Shown here: one piece after another, positions 25,603-32,000 of the stretch
Layout of the letters: every line of letters begins with the position of its first letter
How positions within the stretch are numbered: the stretch's first letter is position 1
Source of the DNA: Prochlorococcus marinus subsp. pastoris str. CCMP1986
Lineage (GTDB): Bacteria > Cyanobacteriota > Cyanobacteriia > PCC-6307 > Cyanobiaceae
DNA: 32,000 bases
Assembly (NCBI RefSeq): GCF_000011465.1
Contig: NC_005072.1
Coordinates: forward strand, 660,001 to 692,000
Direction of reading: 5' to 3'
Program-made: the position numbers and the translations under genes
Notes under the pieces: model-generated
Database searches by the model: none
What the model was told of the DNA's origin: nothing
The model's input: the letters and a program-made list of their open reading frames with translations, nothing else

Positions 25603-25725
25603 TTTTTTAAAATTCTAAGCTTATTATACTCTACTAATTAACTAGACTCCACATACAGAAAAGGTAAGTTATGACTTAAATGATAATTGTATATTGTTAT
25701 CCCCTCAGTTTCCATTTCCAGATCG

Positions 25726-25793
25726 TATTCATCCATGGTTAAGTAAAGTTAAAGAAAATTTTATTTAAAAAATAAATATAAAGATATTTTCTT
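25726..25793 (+). repeat. copy B of the duplicated promoter-like module, upstream of pstC
   Basis: TATTCATCCATGGTTAAGTAAAGTTAAAGAAAATTTTATTTAAAAAATAAATATAAAGATATTTTCTT. About 58 of 68 positions are identical to copy A in an ungapped hand alignment. It ends about 85 nt upstream of the pstC ATG. Confidence 0.7.
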
Positions 25794-25878
25794 TTCGTAA
25801 CTTTTATATATACCTTTAACCCTTCTTAAAGTCTTTTGGAAAATTTAATAGTAGTTTTATAGAACATATCCTTTTTTA

Positions 25879-26826
25879 ATGGAAGAGAAATTAATTCTTT
25901 TCAAGAATCGTAAAAGATACGGGATTGAAAAAAATATAGATATCATATTTAAAAATACAACCCTAGTCTTGTCTAGTCTTGTATCAATAGTACTATTTGG
26001 AATTATTTTAGTAGTCTTTATTCAGTCATTTGAATCATTCTCAAGATATGGCTTGAATTTTCTTGTAACTTCTGAATGGAATCCTGTAAGAGATGAATAT
26101 GGAGCTTTTACTGCAATATATGGGACATTAGTTACTTCTATTTTTTCATTATTGATTACTATCCCTTTAGGCGTTGGAACTGCGATATTTATTACAGAGG
26201 ATTTTGTTCCGAAATTTGTCAGAGAAATAGTAGGTTCATTTGTTGAATTACTAGCAGCTATACCATCTGTTGTATTGGGATTATGGGCAATATTCGTTAT
26301 GGAACCTTTCCTTAGAGTCTTTTTTGTCTTTTTACATAATTTCTTTGGTTGGATTCCTTTATTCAGTTCGGAGCCTGCTGGTCGGAATTCACTTTTAGCG
26401 ATAATAATTTTAGTGGTAATGCTTTTGCCAATAGTGACATCTATTGCAAGAGATTCTCTTAATCAAGTTCCAAAAAAGCTTAGGAATGCAGCCTATGGAA
26501 TTGGTGCAAGTAGATGGAAAACTATATTTTCGGTAATTTTGCCTGCTGCATTATCTGGAATTATGGCAGGTATTCTTTTAGCTTTAGGCAGAGCTATGGG
26601 AGAAACTATGGCTGTCACAATGATTATTGGAAATTCCAATTCATTTAGTTGGTCACTATTATCGCCTGGATATACCATCTCCTCTATGCTTGCAAATCAA
26701 TTTGGAGAAGCAGATGGAAGTCAGGTCTCATCACTTTTTTATGCAGCTTTTGTACTTATGATACTTTCTTTAGTGGTCAATATTTTTGCTCAATGGTTAG
26801 TTAAGAAGTTTAGTCTTAAATATTAG
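25879..26826 (+). CDS. pstC: phosphate ABC transporter permease PstC
   Basis: Six TM segments and an EAA-type loop (GIGASRWKTIFSVILPAALSGI...LGRAMGETMAV). First gene of pstCAB. Confidence 0.93.
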   Translation: MEEKLILFKNRKRYGIEKNIDIIFKNTTLVLSSLVSIVLFGIILVVFIQSFESFSRYGLNFLVTSEWNPVRDEYGAFTAIYGTLVTSIFSLLITIPLGVGTAIFITEDFVPKFVREIVGSFVELLAAIPSVVLGLWAIFVMEPFLRVFFVFLHNFFGWIPLFSSEPAGRNSLLAIIILVVMLLPIVTSIARDSLNQVPKKLRNAAYGIGASRWKTIFSVILPAALSGIMAGILLALGRAMGETMAVTMIIGNSNSFSWSLLSPGYTISSMLANQFGEADGSQVSSLFYAAFVLMILSLVVNIFAQWLVKKFSLKY

Positions 26827-26832
26827 ATAATT

Positions 26833-27726
26833 ATGAATTCTCTTTATTACCAGAAAAAACTATCAAGAAATGTGGGAGATAAATTCTTCACTTCTTTATC
26901 AGTTTTTTGCGCACTCATTGCAATACTTCCTTTGATTTTTGTAGTTACTTATATTCTTATTAAAGGGGGAGCTCAGATAAATCTTGATCTATTTACTTTA
27001 GAACCAAATCCTCCTGGAGATGATTTAGATGCAGGGGGAATTAATCCTGCATTAATTGGGACACTAATAATTACAACTATTGCTTCAATTATCGCCATAC
27101 CAGTAGGGGTAGGCGGAGGTATTTATCTAGCTGAATATTCAAAGGGGGGGGCTTTTTCAAAATTTATTCGATTCGGAGTTAATGTTTTAGCTGGTGTTCC
27201 TTCAATAATTGCAGGTGTATTTATTTATGCCTTAATCGTTTCAACAAAAATTTTATTTGGCAGTATGTACAGTGGTTTAGCAGGTGGTATGGCTCTTTCA
27301 ATATTGATGTTGCCTACAGTTATAAAAACTACTGATGAAGGTTTAAAGTTAGTACCAAATGAATTAAGGTATGCTTCTCTAGGCATAGGAGCAAGTATGT
27401 ATACAACAATATTAAAAATAACTTTACCTTCAGCATTTAGATCTATTGCTACTGGTGTTGTGCTTGGAATCGCAAGAGCAGCAGGCGAAACGGCACCATT
27501 AATTTTTACTGCTTTATTCTCTTATTACTACATAACGGGATTTGGAGATTTGTTCTATGAAATGGGCTCTTTAGCGGTGCTGATATACAATTTTGCCCTT
27601 GAACCTTATGATGCGCAGAATAAACTAGCTTGGGCAGCTTCTTTTATTCTTGTTATAACAATACTGTCAGTGAATATATTTTCACGGATATTGGCCGCTT
27701 TTACTGAGAAAACCAAGAGGGTATGA
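26833..27726 (+). CDS. pstA: phosphate ABC transporter permease PstA
   Basis: EAA-type loop ([19 protein letters not shown]...[11 protein letters not shown]). It starts 6 nt after pstC. Confidence 0.93.
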   Translation: MNSLYYQKKLSRNVGDKFFTSLSVFCALIAILPLIFVVTYILIKGGAQINLDLFTLEPNPPGDDLDAGGINPALIGTLIITTIASIIAIPVGVGGGIYLAEYSKGGAFSKFIRFGVNVLAGVPSIIAGVFIYALIVSTKILFGSMYSGLAGGMALSILMLPTVIKTTDEGLKLVPNELRYASLGIGASMYTTILKITLPSAFRSIATGVVLGIARAAGETAPLIFTALFSYYYITGFGDLFYEMGSLAVLIYNFALEPYDAQNKLAWAASFILVITILSVNIFSRILAAFTEKTKRV

Positions 27727-27727
27727 A

Positions 27728-28537
27728 ATGATTAAAAATACTAAAAAGTCGCAAAAGAATAAAATTTTAACTCTTGAGGATGTTTCTATTAGTTATGGTA
27801 CTTTTGAAGCCGTAAGAAATGTTTTTTGCAATTTTAAAAGTGGAGATATAACTTCACTCATCGGCCCTTCTGGTTGCGGAAAATCAACAGTTCTTAGAGC
27901 TTTAAATAGAATGAACGATTTAATTCCTAATTGTTCATTGAGAGGGACGGTCCTCTTCGATGGAACTAACATTTATGACAAAAGAGTAGATCCAGTTGAA
28001 GTTAGAAGAAGAATCGGAATGGTTTTTCAACAACCTAATCCTTTTCCTAAATCTATCTACGAAAATATTGCATTTGGAGCAAGAATTAATGGATTTGTAG
28101 GTGATATGGATGAACTAGTTGAAAGTTCACTAAGAAAAGCTGCTGTATGGAGTGAATGTAAGGATAAATTAAATGATAGTGGTTACTCCTTATCTGGAGG
28201 ACAACAACAAAGACTATGTATAGCAAGAACCATTGCAATTGAACCGGAAATAATACTTATGGATGAACCTTGTTCAGCATTAGATCCTATTTCAACTTTA
28301 AAAATAGAGGAGACTATGCATGAACTTAAGAAGAATTATACAATAATAATTGTGACTCACAATATGCAGCAGGCTCTAAGAGTTAGTGATATGACTGCAT
28401 TCTTTAATGCAGTTGAATACGAAGAAGGAGATGGAGGAAAGGTTGGATATCTAGCGGAATTCGATTCTACAAAGAAGATTTTTAGTTCTCCTAAGGAAAA
28501 AACTACTCAAGAATATATCTCAGGGAAATTCGGATAA
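27728..28537 (+). CDS. pstB: phosphate ABC transporter ATP-binding protein PstB
   Basis: Walker [10 protein letters not shown], signature LSGGQQQR, Walker B IILMDEP and H-loop VTHNM. It starts 1 nt after the pstA stop. Confidence 0.95.
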   Translation: MIKNTKKSQKNKILTLEDVSISYGTFEAVRNVFCNFKSGDITSLIGPSGCGKSTVLRALNRMNDLIPNCSLRGTVLFDGTNIYDKRVDPVEVRRRIGMVFQQPNPFPKSIYENIAFGARINGFVGDMDELVESSLRKAAVWSECKDKLNDSGYSLSGGQQQRLCIARTIAIEPEIILMDEPCSALDPISTLKIEETMHELKKNYTIIIVTHNMQQALRVSDMTAFFNAVEYEEGDGGKVGYLAEFDSTKKIFSSPKEKTTQEYISGKFG

Positions 28538-28928
28538 CTTTTATTTCTTACCTATAAAAGACGAATTTAAACTATTTAAGGGGATTAGGTCTAGACAAAC
28601 AGTATAAATACCTATATAGTAATTTCTAATTTCCAAAGTAAATTTGAAAAACTTTCCTTATCTTCCTTTTTTAATCTTTGCAGGCGCATTAATAACAACA
28701 GCTACTATAGGCTTACCAGTATTCACATCATAAATTTTGAACTCTTTTTTAATCTCTGATGTTATTGTGATTATGAAAAAAGAAGATTTAACCGCAAGTC
28801 CTCATATAACATCAATAGATAGAGATTTATTTGACTTTATAAAAAACAGAGTGAAGATAGGTTTATGTGTGAGTGAAAATTTGTTTTAAAACCATCATTT
28901 CAAGTGGTGTATTTCTAACTAATTAACT

Positions 28929-29078
28929 ATGAATAAAACTCAAGAACAATTGGAAAAACTAAGAGAGGTCGCTGAGGCTTCTCTAACAAAGACAGAAGAA
29001 CTGCATAAAGTTTTAGCTCAAATAGAAGCTCTTATGTCTAGAGAAGAAATGCAAAAAGTATCTAAAAAAAATAAATAG
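28929..29078 (+). CDS. possible 49-aa helical peptide
   Basis: Hand translation gives MNKTQEQLEKLREVAEASLTKTEELHKVLAQIEALMSREEMQKVSKKNK. The only support is the open frame and a coding-like composition. Confidence 0.25.
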   Translation: MNKTQEQLEKLREVAEASLTKTEELHKVLAQIEALMSREEMQKVSKKNK

Positions 29079-29267
29079 GAGATTAAGAAAAAATATTTAA
29101 ATTGTACTTTTTATTACATCTGTACAATATAAAATTCGTTATCAATTAATTAACAGAACCCGTTCCAAAGTTTCTGTCAGGTCTCGAGGTCTTACCTTCT
29201 TTAAGTAAAAGATCTCTTTTTATTTGAAATTGCTTAATATATAGAGTTTACTAAATATTTGAAGGAA

Positions 29268-29576
29268 TTAATTTATAACCTTACTTACTTCTTTCTTGCA
29301 AACATTTACATCGAAAGATTCAGTTCCAACAATTTCTAAGCCTGTTTTCTCAGTGACTTTTACAGTAGCGTTGCACTCATCTTGTTTAAGAGCCATATAG
29401 CTGGGCTTTTTATTATCTAGTTCTATCTCAGTTTCGGGTTCAAGATTAATATCTTTTTCATATTGCTCCATTACTAATGTAAGGGCTTCAATCTCTACAG
29501 AAAAGTTTTCATTAGCATTTAGTCCCAAGGGCACTAACAGAACTTGAAATATAAGAATAGTTATTAATTTTTTCAT
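29268..29576 (-). CDS. secreted 102-aa hypothetical protein
   Basis: Signal peptide MKKLITILIFQVLLVPLGLNA-NE and two Cys residues. Confidence 0.55.
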   Translation of the reverse strand: MKKLITILIFQVLLVPLGLNANENFSVEIEALTLVMEQYEKDINLEPETEIELDNKKPSYMALKQDECNATVKVTEKTGLEIVGTESFDVNVCKKEVSKVIN

Positions 29577-29796
29577 TATTAAAAGTTAAGTTTATTTTTT
29601 TTATAACGTAATTATCAAGTTAAGGAAAGGGTAAAAACTTTTATATTATTTTCTTGGGAACTTATTTTTATCATTAACTATACAAATTTCTTAATTTAAT
29701 TTACTAAATGAATAATAATAATGAGATTTATATGTATAAATTAGTACGCTCAAAGAATGAATTTAATTATTATTATTTTTAATAATTCTGTAGATT

Positions 29797-30441
29797 CTAT
29801 ACTGCAATAATCTCTTTTTCAGAAATAATTGCCCATTTTTTAAATGAATTCTTACAAGGATATCCTCCCGTGAGATCTCCAAATGCTGGCAGGTATAATG
29901 TATTATTTTTTTCATCCATTGCAAAACATTTAAAGGATAATTTATCTTTTGAATTTTTTAAAAATGTTTTCGGATGATAGTGTCCGCAAATATTTAAAAT
30001 TTTATTTTCAAATTTTCCTATTGGCTCGTGACTAAATATAAAATTACTAGATCTTTTATATTCAAGAAAGCTTATATTTTTGACTTTGCAACCGATATCA
30101 TGATTGCCCACTATTAATTCAATTTTAATATTTAATGACTCTGAAAGATTTTCAACTTTACTTTTTATAGATTTACTTATTGAATATTTACTATGAAATA
30201 AATCTCCTAGAATAATTAATTTATAAGGTTTATGGTTTTCTACAATTTTTTTTATGCTTAATAAATTTTGTTCATCTGAATTATTTGTAAGAGGAATCCC
30301 ATTCTGCTGAAAATATTCTGCTTTACCGAGATGAACATCACATATTAATAGTTCATTTGTTTGAGGCAAAAGTAATGCTTTTGAAGGGAGCATTTCTAAT
30401 GACGTATCCCCCCAACTTATTGAAAAAGACTTTTTTTGCAT
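29797..30441 (-). CDS. pdeM: metallophosphoesterase PdeM (ligase-associated DNA damage response)
   Basis: Calcineurin-type motifs CDVHLGK, GDLFH, GNHD and GHYHP. Its start codon abuts the stop of the Lhr-type helicase gene. Confidence 0.8.
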   Translation of the reverse strand: MQKKSFSISWGDTSLEMLPSKALLLPQTNELLICDVHLGKAEYFQQNGIPLTNNSDEQNLLSIKKIVENHKPYKLIILGDLFHSKYSISKSIKSKVENLSESLNIKIELIVGNHDIGCKVKNISFLEYKRSSNFIFSHEPIGKFENKILNICGHYHPKTFLKNSKDKLSFKCFAMDEKNNTLYLPAFGDLTGGYPCKNSFKKWAIISEKEIIAV

Positions 30442-32000
30442 TTAACTATTATATTTTTTTATAAGTTTATCTACTCTTTTTTCTATAGATTCATTGCTTA
30501 ATGTATTTTTAAGTCTTTCAACTAATAAAGGAAAAGCAAATGGACTTGGAGTTTTAGTCTCGTTTAATATTATTTTTAAATTAGATAATCTTTCTAAGGA
30601 ATTAGTAATTCGTTTATTTTCTAATTGGTACTCTTTTACTTCTTCATGTGCTTGTTTGATTAGCAGATGACCCTCTTCATATCTAGTAAAAACATCATAA
30701 AAAAGACTTGAACTTATTTGAAGTTGTGATGAACTTTTTGTTTTGGTGGGATTATTTTGATTTACTAATCCACTAATTTGAGCAATGTTTTTAAATCTTC
30801 TCTTTGTTAATTCTGAAAAATTTATTGCATTTTCTAAATCTTCTTCCAAGTTTCTATTTTCTATAAAATATGAAAATTCTTTTTCAATACTTGAAAAGTC
30901 ATAATTTTCTGAAGTGGTTAAGCTAAAACCAAAATCATTTGCAGAAATACTAAATGTAGATTGCTTTTTACTAGCAAATCTTAAAGCCCAAAGAAAAGCA
31001 ATTCCTTCATTAACAAATTTTCCATCAAGTGTAAAAACAAAAAGACTTGTTAATTCTTTAGTTTTATAGATTTCAATAAGTAGTTGATTCTTTTTTGGAA
31101 TATCTGAAAGATCTTTCTGTTTTTTTAAAATTGGAAGTAATGATATTAATTCTTTATTAATATACTGATCATCATTTTCTAAGTTATTGCAAATATCTAG
31201 TTCGCTTCTTAAATTATCACTTAAAAGATCAGAGATAGCCATTTGACCTCCAACCCATGCTGGAATTAAAGAACTTTTATTGGATGATTTTTTTACATAT
31301 AAAGTCATATCTCTAATTTTTATAAACTGAAGCATTTTGCCAGCGAAGTAAAAAGTATCACCTGCTTTTAATTTACTGGCAAAGTTTTCTTCTAAATTGC
31401 CTAATGATTTTCCTTTTAAATATTTTACATTTATAAATTTATCGCTTGTTATTGTTCCAATATTAAACTTATGCATCCTTATTAAAGATTTATCTTTTAC
31501 AAAATATTTGAAGTTATGTTCATCCCCTTTTGATTTTTCTCTTTCTATCTTTTTATATTTTGGATAAGCTTTCAAACATTTTCCTCCATACTCCAAAAAA
31601 TCAATACACCAATCCCAATCTTTATCATTTAGATTTCTGTAACTCCAGCAATCTTTAATTTTTTCTTTCTCAGTAATGGGATTAAAACCTGGCCCACAAG
31701 CTAAACTAACTAGATGCTGAAGAAGAACATCAAAAGATAGTTCAGGGAGCCTAATACTTTCAGATATTCCACTTTTTATTATTCTCCTCATAGCACTAAT
31801 TTCGAGTAATTCTAATGAGTTAGTAGGCATAAAAATTATTTTTGACTTTCCTCCAGGTCTATGAGCACTCCTCCCTGCCCTTTGAATAAGTCGAGCTAAG
31901 TTTTTAGCACTTCCTATTTGTACTATTTGATCAACAGGTTGAAAGTCAATCCCTAAATCTAATGAGCTTGTACAAACAACCCATTTTATAGATCCGTTTT
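30442..32000 (-). CDS. lhr: Lhr-type DEXH-box helicase, C-terminal part; partial, continues beyond the right edge
   Basis: The track begins the ORF at an internal Met (31830), but the same frame stays open to position 32000. It reads ...VVCTSSLDLGIDFQPVDQIVQIGSAKNLARLIQRAGRSAHRPGG..., which covers helicase motifs V and VI. The C-terminal about 460 aa fits the DEAD/H-associated domain. Confidence 0.85.
   Translation of the reverse strand, partial: NGSIKWVVCTSSLDLGIDFQPVDQIVQIGSAKNLARLIQRAGRSAHRPGGKSKIIFMPTNSLELLEISAMRRIIKSGISESIRLPELSFDVLLQHLVSLACGPGFNPITEKEKIKDCWSYRNLNDKDWDWCIDFLEYGGKCLKAYPKYKKIEREKSKGDEHNFKYFVKDKSLIRMHKFNIGTITSDKFINVKYLKGKSLGNLEENFASKLKAGDTFYFAGKMLQFIKIRDMTLYVKKSSNKSSLIPAWVGGQMAISDLLSDNLRSELDICNNLENDDQYINKELISLLPILKKQKDLSDIPKKNQLLIEIYKTKELTSLFVFTLDGKFVNEGIAFLWALRFASKKQSTFSISANDFGFSLTTSENYDFSSIEKEFSYFIENRNLEEDLENAINFSELTKRRFKNIAQISGLVNQNNPTKTKSSSQLQISSSLFYDVFTRYEEGHLLIKQAHEEVKEYQLENKRITNSLERLSNLKIILNETKTPSPFAFPLLVERLKNTLSNESIEKRVDKLIKKYNS

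Noticed and set aside
26493-26678. 61-aa minus-strand ORF
   Set aside because: It lies antisense within pstC.
28644-28733. 29-codon TTG-start hydrophobic ORF (KNFPYLPFLIFAGALITTATIGLPVFTS)
   Set aside because: It looks like a single TM peptide. However, it has no ATG, no clear ribosome-binding site and no similarity to any small photosynthetic subunit I can recall, which is too weak to call.

Overview
This is an AT-rich chromosome segment, roughly 30% G+C by eye. It has no rRNA, tRNA, CRISPR, transposase or integrase that I can see. Gene content and order match what I remember of the phosphate-acquisition cluster of high-light Prochlorococcus (MED4 type, Martiny et al. 2006). That assignment is from memory, not from a search.

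The core spans about 9.3-28.5 kb. It contains phoB-phoR (+), then a secreted 108-aa protein, an atypical secreted phosphatase and a Som/OprB-type porin (all -). pstS (+) follows as a monocistronic gene with its own terminator. Next is a minus-strand gap1-arsJ-chrA operon divergent from arsR, then an ACR3 arsenite pump preceded by a phnE relic. The Crp-family regulator ptrA comes next, followed by a block of small orphan genes and pstCAB.

The left 9 kb holds an SDR oxidoreductase, a class-I glutamine amidotransferase, a 2-TM/RCK K+ channel and many small orphan ORFs. The right end holds an abutting pdeM-lhr (ligase-associated DNA damage response) pair that runs off the window.

The new-looking signals are regulatory, all read by hand:
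- Phased TTAA (Pho-box-like) arrays lie upstream of phoB, phoA, the porin, pstS and ptrA.
- A duplicated promoter-like module of about 59-68 nt sits upstream of pstC and of an unannotated 55-codon ORF.
- A perfect 24-bp palindrome overlaps a consensus -10 in the gap1/arsR divergent region.
- Two inverted paralogues of a tri-cysteine mini membrane protein bracket the cluster.
- A hairpin upstream of phoB has a loop complementary to the Yfr1 sRNA core.

All motif coordinates were counted by hand and may be off by 1-2 nt. No homology search or statistics were possible.
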